A stretch of DNA of 64,000 nucleotides from an uncultured bacterium (GCA_937983075.1 CALKAQ010000031.1:1717-65716); one strand, 5' to 3'; counted from the first letter of the stretch, positions 28,674 through 39,239 are shown. Made by a program: numbers and translations. Notes: generated by a model from the letters alone, not told the origin.

Positions 28674-30208
28674 GGGAAGTTCTCATTGGCTTGGCGGCTG
28701 CCGCTTTTGTGTTTCTCGTGCTTCAAGGTGTCGATGTCGTGCCGTTCCTCCTTGTCGGCGGCTTTCTCTTGCTGCTGCGATTCATGATGGAACAGCGAGA
28801 GCAAGGCAAGCGTTTTGAACTCGTAAATGCCGGAAGCGACAGGCGGGAATCGACCGGCGTCACTTTTGCCGACATCGGCGGTCAAGAGGTTGCCAAAAGG
28901 GAATTTCTCGAGGCCCTCGATTTTCTCAAAGACCGAGAATCCGTACAGAAGCTCGGAATTCGCCCGCTCAAGGGCATTTTGCTCGCCGGGCCTCCCGGAA
29001 CCGGGAAAACGCTGCTTGCCAAGGCGGCCGCGAGTTATGTCGACGCCGTTTTTATTTCGACTTCGGGCAGCCAATTTGTCGAAATGTACGCCGGAGTCGG
29101 CGCGCAGCGCATCCGCAAACTGTTCCGCCAGGCGCGGGAGATGGCGCAAAAACAAGAAAAGCCGTACGCGATCATATTCATCGACGAGATCGAAGTGCTC
29201 GGCGGCAAACGGGGGAAGCACACCAGCCATCTCGAATACGACCAGACACTCAACGAACTGTTGGTTCAAATGGATGGGATGGCATCTCAGTCGAGCGGCG
29301 TACAAATTTTGGTCGTCGCTGCCACGAATCGCCCGGACTTGTTGGACAGTGCCTTGCTGCGGCCGGGTAGATTCGACCGGACCGTATATGTCGAGTTGCC
29401 TGACCGGGAAGGTCGGAGACACATTTTAAACATTCACACGCGGGGACGTCCGCTCGCCGATGACGTCGACTTGGATATGCTTGCCCAAGAAACGTACGGG
29501 TTTTCCGGAGCGCATTTGGAAAGCTTGGTCAATGAGGCGGCCATTCTTGCCTTGCGCGAGAAGAAAGACCGCATTGAGATGCATCACTTCAAAGAAGCCG
29601 TAGAAAAAGTGATGATGGGCGAAAAGCTGGATCGCAAACCCCGACAGGAAGAGCGGGAACGCATTGCGTATCACGAGGCGGGACACGCGCTGTTGAGCGA
29701 AGTCGTGCGCCCGGGATCCGTCTCGTCCATCACCGTTACATCGCGAGGCAAAGCGCTCGGATATATGCGGCAAGCCCCGGAAGACGACCCGTACCTTTAC
29801 ACGAAGGATGAGCTGCTCGATCAAATCGCCGTTTGCCTGGCCGGTGCGGTGGCCGAAGAAGTCTTTTTTGGCAGCCGCAGCACAGGTTCGATCGGTGACT
29901 TTGAACAAGCGGTCGATATTGCTGAACGCCTGATTGCGGCAGGCATGTCCGATCTGGGGATCATCAATCCCGAGACGATCGGCGCCCAGCGGCTTCACGC
30001 ACAAGTACAGCGCATTTTGCGCGAGCAGGAGCAATTTGTGCGGCGCCAAATCGAGGCATGCCGCGACAAGCTGCAGGCGGCTGCCTGCCTTCTGCTGGAA
30101 AGGGAACGACTTTCGGGCGACGAATTCCGCGAGATCATCGGAGATCTTGTGCCGCTGCCGCGTGAAAAGGCGGCGCAAGGCAAAGATACACCGAGCGATG
30201 CAGCGTGA
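28667..30208 (+). CDS. FtsH-like AAA+ ATPase / M41 zinc metalloprotease, short form lacking the periplasmic domain
   Basis: Walker A GPPGTGKT, Walker B IIFIDEID, SRH ATNRPDLLDSALLRPGRFDR, then HEAGHAL zinc motif; only about 40 aa of N-terminal TM; TTG start after AAAGGGGGA. Confidence 0.8.
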   Translation: MVREVLIGLAAAAFVFLVLQGVDVVPFLLVGGFLLLLRFMMEQREQGKRFELVNAGSDRRESTGVTFADIGGQEVAKREFLEALDFLKDRESVQKLGIRPLKGILLAGPPGTGKTLLAKAAASYVDAVFISTSGSQFVEMYAGVGAQRIRKLFRQAREMAQKQEKPYAIIFIDEIEVLGGKRGKHTSHLEYDQTLNELLVQMDGMASQSSGVQILVVAATNRPDLLDSALLRPGRFDRTVYVELPDREGRRHILNIHTRGRPLADDVDLDMLAQETYGFSGAHLESLVNEAAILALREKKDRIEMHHFKEAVEKVMMGEKLDRKPRQEERERIAYHEAGHALLSEVVRPGSVSSITVTSRGKALGYMRQAPEDDPYLYTKDELLDQIAVCLAGAVAEEVFFGSRSTGSIGDFEQAVDIAERLIAAGMSDLGIINPETIGAQRLHAQVQRILREQEQFVRRQIEACRDKLQAAACLLLERERLSGDEFREIIGDLVPLPREKAAQGKDTPSDAA

Positions 30209-30221
30209 GGCAGCGAGCACG

Positions 30222-30250
30222 TTGCCTCTGCTTGCCCCTTACGGTATAAT
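30222..30250 (+). promoter_or_regulatory. Sigma-A type promoter upstream of argS (-35 TTGCCT, 17 nt, -10 TATAAT)
   Basis: TTGCCT 30222-30227, TATAAT 30245-30250. Confidence 0.5.
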
Positions 30251-30266
30251 ACGGAAAGCGACGGAG

Positions 30267-30312
30267 GGCCCTTCGCTGGAGCGTGCAAGCTCCCGAAGGG
30301 CCGCTCCCTTTT
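30267..30312 (+). other. Strong leader hairpin (about 14 bp stem) followed by CUCCCUUUU, between FtsH-like gene and argS
   Basis: GGCCCTTCG(CT)GGAGC-GTGCAA-GCTCCCGAAGGGCC; may be a terminator for the upstream operon, a 5-prime stabiliser or an attenuator. Confidence 0.45.
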
Positions 30313-30357
30313 ATGCTGTGAAGCTTGCAACAGCGTGAAAGTGGGGGAAAATATCGG

Positions 30358-32076
30358 ATGACATCATTCAAAGAACAGGCGATTGAACTTGTTGCCGCCG
30401 GACTCGATCGCCTCGACCCGGGCATTCGGGCGGACAACGGAATCGACGTTGCCCAAATGATTGAGGTGCCGCCGAGCGGCGAGCTGGGCGATTATGCCTT
30501 CCCTTGCTTTGCTCTTGCCCGAATTTTGCGCCGCTCACCCGTGGAGATCGCCCAACAGCTGGCGGAAGTCGTCGAAAAACCGCCGTGGCTCGCGAAGGTA
30601 GAGGCCGTTTCGGGTTATGTCAACTTGACGCTCGACCGCGGTCAGCTGGCGGACGCCGTGCTGCGGGCAGCCATTGAGGAAGGGCGTTCGTTCGGTTCGG
30701 CTCCTGATCGAGGAAAAACCGTAGTCATCGATTATTCCTCGCCCAACATAGCGAAGCCGTTCACGCTCGGACATATTCGCAGTACGGTCATCGGTGAATC
30801 TTTGGCGAGAATTTTCGAGCACCGCGGCTACAAAGTCGTGCGCGTCAATCACCTCGGCGACTGGGGCACGCAGTTCGGGCGGCTGATTGTCGCCTATAAG
30901 CGCTGGGGCGACGAAGAGCGATTGGCGGAAGGGGCTATCAAAGAGCTGTTCCGCCTGTACGTTCGTTTTCACGAAGAAGCGGAAAAAGATCCGTCCCTCG
31001 AAGACGAAGGTAGAGCGTGGTTTCTGCGACTGGAGCAAGGAGACCGGGAAGCGACGGAGCTTTGGCGTCGTTTTCGCGCTTTGAGCCTCGAAGAGTTCGA
31101 GTCCATGTATCAACGTCTGGGGATTCGTTTTGACGATTACACCGGCGAAAGCGGGTACAACGACGTTCTCGAACAGACGGTGCAGGCGCTCGAGGATAAG
31201 GGCTTGCTGACCGAAAGCGACGGCGCATTGGTCGTGGAGCTCGGCGACGATATGCCGCCTTGCATCATCCGCAAGAGAGACGGCGCTACGCTGTATGCCA
31301 CGCGTGACATCGCAGCGGCCATTCGCCGTTACGAAAAAACCCGGTTTGATTGGATGTTTTATGTGGTAGACAGCCGTCAGAGCCTTCACTTTCAGCAGGT
31401 ATTCGCCGTGCTGAAAAAGCTCGGCATGGAATGGGCCGACGGCATGGAGCACATTGCGTTCGGGACGCTGATATTCGGGGAGGAAATCATGTCGACCCGC
31501 AAAGGGAACGTCATTTTCCTGGAAGACGTCCTGAACGAAGCGGTGGAACGAGTGCGCCAAATCATTGAAGAGCGCAATCCGACGCTTACCGACAAAGAGC
31601 AAGTCGCCGAGATGGTCGGGGTCGGTGCCGTCGTATTCAACGATCTCGCCCACAACCGGATCAAAGACGTCGTGTTTGAATGGGATCGGCTGTTGAACTT
31701 TGACGGCGATACCGGACCTTATGTGCAATATACGCACGCTCGGGCTTGCAGTGTGCTCAGCAAAGGACGGGAGCAAGGAGAACTGCCGCTTGAGAGCGGT
31801 TTCGCCGCATACGAATGGGAAGATCAGGAAATCGACCTCATCCGCCTCCTCGGACGTTTTGGCGATGTCGTGGAAACCGCTAAAGAAGCACGTGAACCGT
31901 CCACCGTTGCTCGCTACGTTCTCGATCTCGCCCAGAAATTTAATGCTTTTTATCACAGCAATCGCATATTGGGGAATGAGCGGGCACCGCTTCGGCTGGC
32001 CATTGCCCGGGCGGTCAAAGAAGTGCTCGCGGCCGGTTTGTATCTGCTGAACGTGCAGGCACCGGAAAAAATGTAA
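30358..32076 (+). CDS. argS: Arginine--tRNA ligase
   Basis: Class I HIGH-region PNIAKPFTLGHIRSTVIG and KMSK-type IMSTRKG; ATG 30358 after GTGGGGGA. Confidence 0.9.
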   Translation: MTSFKEQAIELVAAGLDRLDPGIRADNGIDVAQMIEVPPSGELGDYAFPCFALARILRRSPVEIAQQLAEVVEKPPWLAKVEAVSGYVNLTLDRGQLADAVLRAAIEEGRSFGSAPDRGKTVVIDYSSPNIAKPFTLGHIRSTVIGESLARIFEHRGYKVVRVNHLGDWGTQFGRLIVAYKRWGDEERLAEGAIKELFRLYVRFHEEAEKDPSLEDEGRAWFLRLEQGDREATELWRRFRALSLEEFESMYQRLGIRFDDYTGESGYNDVLEQTVQALEDKGLLTESDGALVVELGDDMPPCIIRKRDGATLYATRDIAAAIRRYEKTRFDWMFYVVDSRQSLHFQQVFAVLKKLGMEWADGMEHIAFGTLIFGEEIMSTRKGNVIFLEDVLNEAVERVRQIIEERNPTLTDKEQVAEMVGVGAVVFNDLAHNRIKDVVFEWDRLLNFDGDTGPYVQYTHARACSVLSKGREQGELPLESGFAAYEWEDQEIDLIRLLGRFGDVVETAKEAREPSTVARYVLDLAQKFNAFYHSNRILGNERAPLRLAIARAVKEVLAAGLYLLNVQAPEKM

Positions 32077-32094
32077 AGTAGGGAGCGGTGTTCC

Positions 32095-32712
32095 ATGGCA
32101 CAGAGCGCGACGCGCGTGGCCCTCATTCGGCATGGCATGACCGATTGGAACATAGCCGGCAAGCTGCAAGGCAGGACCAACGTTCCGCTCAACGACGTTG
32201 GTCGCCATCAGGCGAAGCAGACCGCTGAGGCGTTGCGGACTGAGCCATGGGACGCTCTTTATACAAGCCCCTTGGCGCGCGCGTATGAAACGGCGGAAAT
32301 TATCGGCGGGATCCTCAAGCTGCCGCCGCAAGTCGTGTCCGACTTGACCGAACGAAATTTTGGGCATCTGGAGGGGTTGACCCGCGACGAGCTCAATCGA
32401 GCTTATCCCGATCGTGCGCATGTTGTTCCGGACGGCGTTGAGCCGCCTGAAGCTTTGCGAACACGGGCTGAAACGTGTCTCAGGCGTCTGGCCGGCGCAC
32501 ATCCCGGCGGCGGAGTTGTCGTCATATCCCACGGCGCATGGATCAACGCCTTCTTGTACCGTGCCTCCGGCGGCAGGCATGGCACGGGCGTCACCAACTT
32601 GTCCAACGGGGGCATTACTCGCATCGAATTTGACCCCAAGTTCGGATGGAAAATACTGGCGGTCAATTTGACGGCCCATCTCGACTACATTCACGGAATA
32701 ACGGATCGTTGA
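32095..32712 (+). CDS. Histidine phosphatase (phosphoglycerate mutase) family protein
   Basis: RHGMTDWN catalytic motif and downstream His. Confidence 0.8.
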   Translation: MAQSATRVALIRHGMTDWNIAGKLQGRTNVPLNDVGRHQAKQTAEALRTEPWDALYTSPLARAYETAEIIGGILKLPPQVVSDLTERNFGHLEGLTRDELNRAYPDRAHVVPDGVEPPEALRTRAETCLRRLAGAHPGGGVVVISHGAWINAFLYRASGGRHGTGVTNLSNGGITRIEFDPKFGWKILAVNLTAHLDYIHGITDR

Positions 32713-32776
32713 GAGTTAACAGGAAGGTTGTGGGAAGAAGGCGAAATGAAAAAGATGCGCCGAGGGGGTAGCATCT

Positions 32777-33940
32777 TTGAAATTCGGGTTCGGTTTTACA
32801 CTACTTTTGCTTATTTTGGGTGGATTTGCAGCCTACCAAGGCGATCGCGTGGGGATGATTGTAGGAAAGAGAAAATTATCCCTATTCGGAATCCGGCCGC
32901 GGTATTTTTCCCGCATCGTCAGTGTCGTCACGGGCATCGTCATCGTCATGATCACCATGGGCGGTGTGCTGCTGATTTCCGACACGGCCCAAAAAGCGAT
33001 CTTTGGAATCGAGGCGCTGCAAAGTGACTTGGCTCGTCTCAATTCGCAAGTCAACGAATTGAGCGAGCTTCAGGAGCGGCTGAATGAGGAAAACGAACTC
33101 TTGCGTGCCCAAAACGAGGCTCTTCACGCAGAAAATGCTGAACTTTCGGCGATCCAAGCCGAATTGGCTGCCGCCAACGCCGAACTGCGGAGCGAGCAAG
33201 AGATGCTCGAAGCGATACTCGAAGAGTTGGAAGGGCGTTTTGACACGTTGCAGGTAAGCGGGGCGTGGATGTGGGAAATCCTTCTGCAGACCCCGCTTGT
33301 TTACGAATACGGTGAGTTGATAGGGAATTATGTGGTTGCGGTCACCGATGACCGCGAACAAGTCACCGCGGAAGTTGAACGGGTCCTTGCCGAAGTGAAC
33401 GAAACGTTATGGGCCGCGGGTGCAGGAGATTCGGGCACCGGCACTGGCAAGGCCTACACCCTCGAGCGCTACATTCCCGGCCTCATCGACCTTACGGAAG
33501 AAGAGCACATTGCGTTTGTGGTCGATGGCCTCATGGCCGTACCTGATCTTGAAACCGCAGTCATTCAAGTCGTCGCAAATCGACATACGCCGGCGGGTGA
33601 ACAGGTCAGCCTGGTATTTAACCTCGGCGTGAACCAAAAAGTATTCGACGCGGGCGAAATCGTGGTGCAGCGCGCCTTTGACGGCAGCAAGCCGGGAGCC
33701 GAATTATTTGGTGAATTGTGGCTCTGGCTCGAATCCGACGTTCGTGCAGCCGCCCGCGCTCGGGGCCTGATTGAAGGCCCCGACGGCACCGTGACGGGGG
33801 ATTTGAGCCTCACCACTCTTTTTGCCGTCGTCGAGGAAATTCGTCGACATGGAGGGCTCGTCGACGTCTACGCGATCTCGGCAACGGAAGCTTGGACAAG
33901 TGACGAGCTGCATTTGGAATTTCGTGTGGGAAACTACTGA
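32777..33940 (+). CDS. Hypothetical membrane protein with extended coiled coil (DUF3084-like)
   Basis: Two N-terminal TM segments, then LNSQVNELSELQERLNEENELLRAQNEALHAENAELSAIQAELAAANAELRSEQEML; family assignment from memory only. Confidence 0.45.
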   Translation: MKFGFGFTLLLLILGGFAAYQGDRVGMIVGKRKLSLFGIRPRYFSRIVSVVTGIVIVMITMGGVLLISDTAQKAIFGIEALQSDLARLNSQVNELSELQERLNEENELLRAQNEALHAENAELSAIQAELAAANAELRSEQEMLEAILEELEGRFDTLQVSGAWMWEILLQTPLVYEYGELIGNYVVAVTDDREQVTAEVERVLAEVNETLWAAGAGDSGTGTGKAYTLERYIPGLIDLTEEEHIAFVVDGLMAVPDLETAVIQVVANRHTPAGEQVSLVFNLGVNQKVFDAGEIVVQRAFDGSKPGAELFGELWLWLESDVRAAARARGLIEGPDGTVTGDLSLTTLFAVVEEIRRHGGLVDVYAISATEAWTSDELHLEFRVGNY

Positions 33941-33975
33941 TCCCAAAAAAGGCGAATGAAGCTTTGGAGGCAGGA

Positions 33976-34452
33976 ATGGGAACTCATGAGCGTCCATCGT
34001 GGGAAGTTTATTTTCTTCGCATGGCTCGCCTGGTAGCAACTCGAGCCACATGTCCACGGCGGCAGGTAGGCGCCGTCCTCGTACGTGACAACCGGATATT
34101 GGCCACAGGATATAACGGAGCCGTACGTGGTGCCCCGCATTGCGCGGACGCAGGCTGCATCTTGGTACGAAACGGTGATCGTGAAAGCTGCGTGCGTGCC
34201 GTCCACGCCGAAATGAATGCGTTGCTTCAATGCGCCCTCAACGGCGTCAGCAGCCGTGAGGCCGTCATGTTTTGTACAGACTTTCCCTGCGTCGCGTGTG
34301 CGAAGGCACTGGTGCAGGCGGGGGTTCGGGAAATTATCTATTTGGCGGATTACCCGGATGAAAATTCGCTGACGGTGTTGAAACAAGGACAGGTGATCGT
34401 CCGCCGGGGAGATCGAGCGGCGGTAGACGGAATGACGGTAGACGCACCTTAG
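33976..34452 (+). CDS. dCMP deaminase (ComEB-like cytidine/deoxycytidylate deaminase)
   Basis: HAEMNAL ... PCVACAKAL zinc-binding motifs; ATG 33976 after GGAGG; the track start 33964 is TTG. Confidence 0.8.
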   Translation: MGTHERPSWEVYFLRMARLVATRATCPRRQVGAVLVRDNRILATGYNGAVRGAPHCADAGCILVRNGDRESCVRAVHAEMNALLQCALNGVSSREAVMFCTDFPCVACAKALVQAGVREIIYLADYPDENSLTVLKQGQVIVRRGDRAAVDGMTVDAP

Positions 34453-35360
34453 TCCGGAGGGGTGCCCAGGCGGATGATGTCCGTGTCCGGATGCACGGGA
34501 TCAATGTGCACGAATGCCGATTGAACCTCCGGCAGCGCTTCGAGCCTTCTTTGCACATTCACTCCGATGTCGTGGGCCTCGCGCAGGCTGAGCGTATCGT
34601 CCAGTTCGATATGAATTTCGACGTGGATTTTGTCGCCGACGTAATGCGCGCGCAGTTCATTGAGACCTAAAACGGCGGGTGTCGCTGCAGCGGTTTTGCG
34701 AATTTCCAAGAGCTTTTCGTCAGAAGGTGCTACCCCCATCAAATACCCCAAGTTCTCCATGCCGATGCGGCCGCCCGAATAGATGATCCAAACACCGATC
34801 AGAAGAGCGGCCACGTCGTCGAACGGACGGCCTATGGCAAAGCCGATCAGAGCGATAGCCGACGCAAGCACGTCGTTGCGCGAATCGATGTAGCTCGCAT
34901 GCATGGCCGGACTGCCCGTGCTGCGGTTTTCGAGTGCGTACCGCCGGGCCAGGACGATTTTTACGGCGATGCTTAGAAGCAGTATGATCACCGGGCTGAG
35001 GGAAAACTCAGGGGTATGAGGCTCGACAAACAGACTGACCATCGCGTCTTTGATCAGCGTGGAGCCCAAGATGGTCGCGAAAATTGCGACCAGCAGTCCC
35101 GCCAGCGGTTCAGCGCGACGATGGCCGAAGTGATGATCGGCATCGGGCTGCCTCTCTTGTATGCGAACGCTGATATAAACTGCCGTATAGGTGACGACGT
35201 CGAGCAAGGCGTTGAGCGCGTCGGAAATAATCGCTATACTTCCCGAGACAAGGCCTGTGATGAACTTGAGAACGCAAAAGACGACCGAAGTGACGACTCC
35301 GATTGCGGTAAGGCGTTCTTTGCGTTCGTTTCCATGCCTCATCGTCCGTCGCCTCCGCAA
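34449..35360 (-). CDS. Cation diffusion facilitator (CDF) family metal efflux transporter
   Basis: Six TM segments with HxxxD motifs plus cytoplasmic C-domain. Confidence 0.75.
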   Translation of the reverse strand: MRRRRTMRHGNERKERLTAIGVVTSVVFCVLKFITGLVSGSIAIISDALNALLDVVTYTAVYISVRIQERQPDADHHFGHRRAEPLAGLLVAIFATILGSTLIKDAMVSLFVEPHTPEFSLSPVIILLLSIAVKIVLARRYALENRSTGSPAMHASYIDSRNDVLASAIALIGFAIGRPFDDVAALLIGVWIIYSGGRIGMENLGYLMGVAPSDEKLLEIRKTAAATPAVLGLNELRAHYVGDKIHVEIHIELDDTLSLREAHDIGVNVQRRLEALPEVQSAFVHIDPVHPDTDIIRLGTPPD

Positions 35361-35410
35361 CTAGAATACAACATACCGTAGAGCAAGACCTCTTCGAAAG
35401 GATGAGCTTC

Positions 35411-36685
35411 ATGCCAGCGAGGGCAGAAATCATCACCGTGGGAACGGAGTTGCTTCTCGGGGAAATCGTCGATACGAACGCCGCGCATCTTTCGCGCCGT
35501 TTGGCGGATATTGGCATCGATGTATATCATCGCTCCACCGTCGGCGATAATTGGACCCGTTTTGCCACCGCTTTGGGTCAAGCGCTCCAACGAGCGGACA
35601 TCATTTTTCTCACCGGTGGCTTAGGGCCGACCGACGACGATTTGACCCGTTCCATTGTCGCCGCCGTTACGGGCAGAAAGATCCAGGTGAATGATGAAGC
35701 CCTGCGACACATTGAAGATTATTTTCGTGCTACTGGCCGTGTCATGAGTGCCAACAATCGCCGTCAAGCGATGTTCCCCGAAGGCGCGGAGGCTCTGTTC
35801 AACGGTGAAGGCACCGCACCCGGCATTTGGCTTGAACACGACAACCGCCTGATCATTTGTCTTCCGGGTCCGCCGGCTGAATTGCGCCCGATGTTTGAGA
35901 AGCAAATACTGCCTCGGCTGCGTGAGCGTTTTGGCGGACGGGAGTCATTAATCACACGGGTGCTGCGTTTTGCCGGCATCGGGGAAGCCGCCTTGGCGGA
36001 AGCGCTGGATGATCTGATTGCAGCGCAAACCGATCCGACGCTTGCTCTATACGCTGGGCGTGGTGAGGTGCGCTTGCGGTTGGCCACGCGCGCGCTAAGT
36101 GCCGAAGAGGCCCAAAGCCGTTTTGCTCCAATCGAAGCCGAAGTACGAAAGCGTGTGGGCAGCCACCTATACGGTTATGACGATGATACCTTGGAAGGCG
36201 TGATCGGGAAGCTGCTTGAGCAAGAAGGCGCCACGCTCGCTGTGGCCGAGTCCTGTACAGGCGGCTTTCTTGGACATCGGCTGACCAACGTGCCCGGAAG
36301 TTCCAGATATTTCGTCGGTGGCGTGATCGCCTACGCCAACGAAATCAAAACGGGCCAACTCGATGTACCGGAAGCTGATTTGGAGAAGTACGGCGCCGTC
36401 AGTGCCGTCGTGGCTGAAGCGATGGCCAGAGGTGTTCGAAATCGACTCGGTTCGACATTCGGCATTTCCATCACGGGGATAGCCGGACCGGACGGAGGAA
36501 CCGAAGACAAGCCGGTAGGCACCGTTTACATCGGCTGGGCGGGTCCGGATGGATGCGACGCCCGGCGCTTTATGTTTCCGACGAGTCGGGAGACGTTTAA
36601 GATCCGCACGACGACGGCCGCTTTGGATGGACTGCGGCGGCGTTTGCAAGGTTTGGAGCCTTGGAGCGGCGACGACAGATCATAA
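35411..36685 (+). CDS. cinA: Competence/damage-inducible protein CinA (MoCF-binding plus CinA C-terminal domain)
   Basis: AEIITVGTELLLGEIVDTNA N-terminus; conserved position before recA; ATG 35411 has AAAGGA 10 nt upstream (alternative ATG at 35402). Confidence 0.85.
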   Translation: MPARAEIITVGTELLLGEIVDTNAAHLSRRLADIGIDVYHRSTVGDNWTRFATALGQALQRADIIFLTGGLGPTDDDLTRSIVAAVTGRKIQVNDEALRHIEDYFRATGRVMSANNRRQAMFPEGAEALFNGEGTAPGIWLEHDNRLIICLPGPPAELRPMFEKQILPRLRERFGGRESLITRVLRFAGIGEAALAEALDDLIAAQTDPTLALYAGRGEVRLRLATRALSAEEAQSRFAPIEAEVRKRVGSHLYGYDDDTLEGVIGKLLEQEGATLAVAESCTGGFLGHRLTNVPGSSRYFVGGVIAYANEIKTGQLDVPEADLEKYGAVSAVVAEAMARGVRNRLGSTFGISITGIAGPDGGTEDKPVGTVYIGWAGPDGCDARRFMFPTSRETFKIRTTTAALDGLRRRLQGLEPWSGDDRS

Positions 36686-36798
36686 GGGGCAAGCAAACCG
36701 TCATACGCGCATGTGTTCGTTTTTTGACGCGTTGCGCTCGTCTCGCAACAAGGAAAGCGGAGCGTCGGCGTCGAATACGGCTGTGGAAAGGGAATTTC

Positions 36799-37365
36799 AT
36801 GCTTTCGACATCAGCCATGCCAAGAATTTTTGTTGCCATTCCCGTTTCAAATCATTTGCAGCTTGCTCTGAGTCGGGTCAAACCGCATTCCTCGGCCGGA
36901 ATGCGTTGGGTCGCTCCGAAAAACCTGCACCTGACAATACGTTTTTTGGGCGAAATCAGTGAAGAGCAGTTGGGGCGCGTCTTTTCGGCTGTGTCTCAAG
37001 CCGCACGGGAGGGCCCTGGCCCATTTACGCTTCATGTCGAAGGCATCGGCGCGTTTCCTTCGACGAATCAGGCGCGGGTAATCTGGGCGGGCGTATCCGG
37101 CGATCACAAGCCGCTGACTCAGTTGTATGAACGGGTACAAGCTCGTCTGCACGACGTTGGATTTCCCGTCGAAAAGCGGCCGTTCCGACCCCACATCACG
37201 TTGGCTCGATTGCGGAATCCAGCGCCTTTGTCTCCTGAACTTCGACGGTTGGCCAAGCAATCTTTCGGTTCGTGGCGCATCGATACACTGCAGGTGATGG
37301 AAAGCAAGCTGAAACCAACGGGAGCAGAGTATATCGTGCGGCAGCAGTACGCCCTCGAATCGTAA
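36799..37365 (+). CDS. thpR: RNA 2',3'-cyclic phosphodiesterase (2H phosphoesterase, LigT/ThpR)
   Basis: Two H-x-T/S-x motifs HLTIRFLG and HITLARL; ATG 36799; upstream part of ORF 36661.. not supported. Confidence 0.75.
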   Translation: MLSTSAMPRIFVAIPVSNHLQLALSRVKPHSSAGMRWVAPKNLHLTIRFLGEISEEQLGRVFSAVSQAAREGPGPFTLHVEGIGAFPSTNQARVIWAGVSGDHKPLTQLYERVQARLHDVGFPVEKRPFRPHITLARLRNPAPLSPELRRLAKQSFGSWRIDTLQVMESKLKPTGAEYIVRQQYALES

Positions 37366-37427
37366 AATTGCCGCACTTTCGGATGGTTCGTTTGGGATTT
37401 GGGTGGTCATTCCGAGAGGAGCGAATT

Positions 37428-38486
37428 ATGAATAGCGACAAGCTGAAAGCTTTGGACATGGCTTTGCATCACATCGAAAAAACGTATGGCAAAGGCTCGG
37501 TCATGCGCCTCGGTGAAGCCAGCGCCAAAATGGCGGTTGAAGTCATTCCGAGCGGTGCACTCTCCCTCGACATTGCGTTAGGTGTCGGAGGCATCCCGCG
37601 GGGGCGCGTCATCGAGGTGTATGGCCCCGAGTCGTCCGGGAAAACCACATTGTGTCTTCACGTCGTCGCAGAGGCACAAAAGCGCGGTGGAATCGCCGCC
37701 GTCATCGATGTCGAGCACGCCTTGGATCCGAGCTATGCTGAGCGTTTGGGTGTCGATGTCGACAATTTGCTGATTTCCCAGCCGGATGACGCGGAAAGCG
37801 CCCTCGAGATCGCCGAAGCATTGGTGCGCAGCGGCGCCGTCGACGTCATTATCGTCGATTCGGTCGCAGCGCTCGTACCGCGCGCCGAAATTCAAGGCGA
37901 AATGGGCGACGCGCACGTGGGACTGCAAGCGCGTTTGATGTCACAAGCTTTGCGCAAGCTGACCGGCGCCATCAGCAAGTCCAAGACATCCGTCATCTTC
38001 ACCAACCAAATTCGCGAAAAGGTTGGCGTCATGTTCGGATCGCCCGAGACGACTCCGGGTGGACGGGCGCTTAAGTTCTACGCCTCGGTTCGTCTGGATA
38101 TTCGCCGTGTCGAAAGCTTGCGTCAAGGGTCAGACAACATCGGCAACCGCGTCCGGGTGAAGGTGGTCAAGAACAAGGTATCACCGCCTTTCCGTGAAGC
38201 GGAGTTCGACATCATGTTCGGCGAAGGCATCTCCCGTGAAGGCAATATCCTCGATGTCGGGACGAACTATGACATCATCCAAAAAAGCGGTGCTTGGTAT
38301 TCTTACGGCGACATTCGCCTCGGTCAAGGCAGAGAAAACGCCAAGGACTTTCTCAAAGAAAATCCGGATTTGGCCGATGAGATCGAGCGGAAAATCCGCG
38401 AGCATGCGGGGTTGCCGGTGCCTCGCGACCCGGTGGCGGAAGCCGGAGCCGAAGCCGATGTAGAGGGTGAAAAGCTGGCGACGTGA
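37428..38486 (+). CDS. recA: Recombinase RecA
   Basis: [24 protein letters not shown], Walker [10 protein letters not shown]; ATG 37428 after GAGAGGA. Confidence 0.95.
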   Translation: MNSDKLKALDMALHHIEKTYGKGSVMRLGEASAKMAVEVIPSGALSLDIALGVGGIPRGRVIEVYGPESSGKTTLCLHVVAEAQKRGGIAAVIDVEHALDPSYAERLGVDVDNLLISQPDDAESALEIAEALVRSGAVDVIIVDSVAALVPRAEIQGEMGDAHVGLQARLMSQALRKLTGAISKSKTSVIFTNQIREKVGVMFGSPETTPGGRALKFYASVRLDIRRVESLRQGSDNIGNRVRVKVVKNKVSPPFREAEFDIMFGEGISREGNILDVGTNYDIIQKSGAWYSYGDIRLGQGRENAKDFLKENPDLADEIERKIREHAGLPVPRDPVAEAGAEADVEGEKLAT

Positions 38487-39121
38487 TGGAGCAGACCGAG
38501 TCAGTGATAACCGCCATCACAATCGATCCTCGTGATCCTGACAAAATGCGCGTCACCGTAGACGATCGCGTTTACGTGGTCGATGCACATCTTCTCTCGG
38601 CGCTCGGACTGTGCGAAGGAAAGTACATCAGTTCAGCCGACATGAAAAAACTAAGCGGAGCAGCTGCTGAATCGGCTGCCAAGGCGAAGGCTTTGCGCTT
38701 GTTGGCGGGACGGGCATACACGGAATATGAAATGCGGCAGCGCTTGCTCCGCGCGAACATTCCTGAGGCCGCAGTTGAGCGTGTGATCGCTTGGCTGCTC
38801 GAACTCAAGTACATTGACGACCGTGCATTTGCCAAGGCATGGGTTGAGGACCGGGCCGAACGAAAAGGGACCGGTCCTCTGCTATTGAGCCATGAACTTT
38901 CGCAGCGCGGCGTCGCTCCGGAACTCATTCGCGAAGCAATCGACGCCTACATGAATGAAGAGCGCATGGAGGCCATAGCTATTACGCAGGCGGAACGCCG
39001 GCTCTCGCGTTGTCAAAATCTCGGAAGGCGCGAGAAGTGTGCGAAAATATATGCGTTCCTGCAGCGGAAAGGATTTCCTGCGGACGTCATTCGGCGTGTT
39101 CTCAATCGGGTGATCGACTAA
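38483..39121 (+). CDS. recX: Regulatory protein RecX
   Basis: Three-helix repeat architecture, overlaps recA stop. Confidence 0.8.
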   Translation: MMEQTESVITAITIDPRDPDKMRVTVDDRVYVVDAHLLSALGLCEGKYISSADMKKLSGAAAESAAKAKALRLLAGRAYTEYEMRQRLLRANIPEAAVERVIAWLLELKYIDDRAFAKAWVEDRAERKGTGPLLLSHELSQRGVAPELIREAIDAYMNEERMEAIAITQAERRLSRCQNLGRREKCAKIYAFLQRKGFPADVIRRVLNRVID

Positions 39122-39130
39122 GGTGTTCGC

Positions 39131-39160
39131 TTGACAAGGGATTTACGGAAAAGATACAAT
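39131..39160 (+). promoter_or_regulatory. Near-consensus sigma-A promoter (-35 TTGACA, 18 nt, -10 TACAAT) between recX and rny
   Basis: TTGACA 39131-39136, TACAAT 39155-39160. Confidence 0.5.
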
Positions 39161-39201
39161 GGGACTCGAATATAAGGCGTTTTGACGCCGGAACAACGTG
39201 T

Positions 39202-39239
39202 GGCCGATAGAGGTCGAGTTTTGCGCTCGGCCTTTTTTT
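39202..39239 (+). terminator. Intrinsic terminator-like hairpin plus T7 tract upstream of rny
   Basis: GGCCGA...TCGGCC stem with internal CGAG/CTCG pairing followed by TTTTTTT. Confidence 0.55.

Noticed and set aside
30209-30357. T-box riboswitch upstream of argS
   Set aside because: The leader is only about 100 nt. There is no specifier-loop/Stem I architecture and no GGGTGGNACCGCG T-box core.
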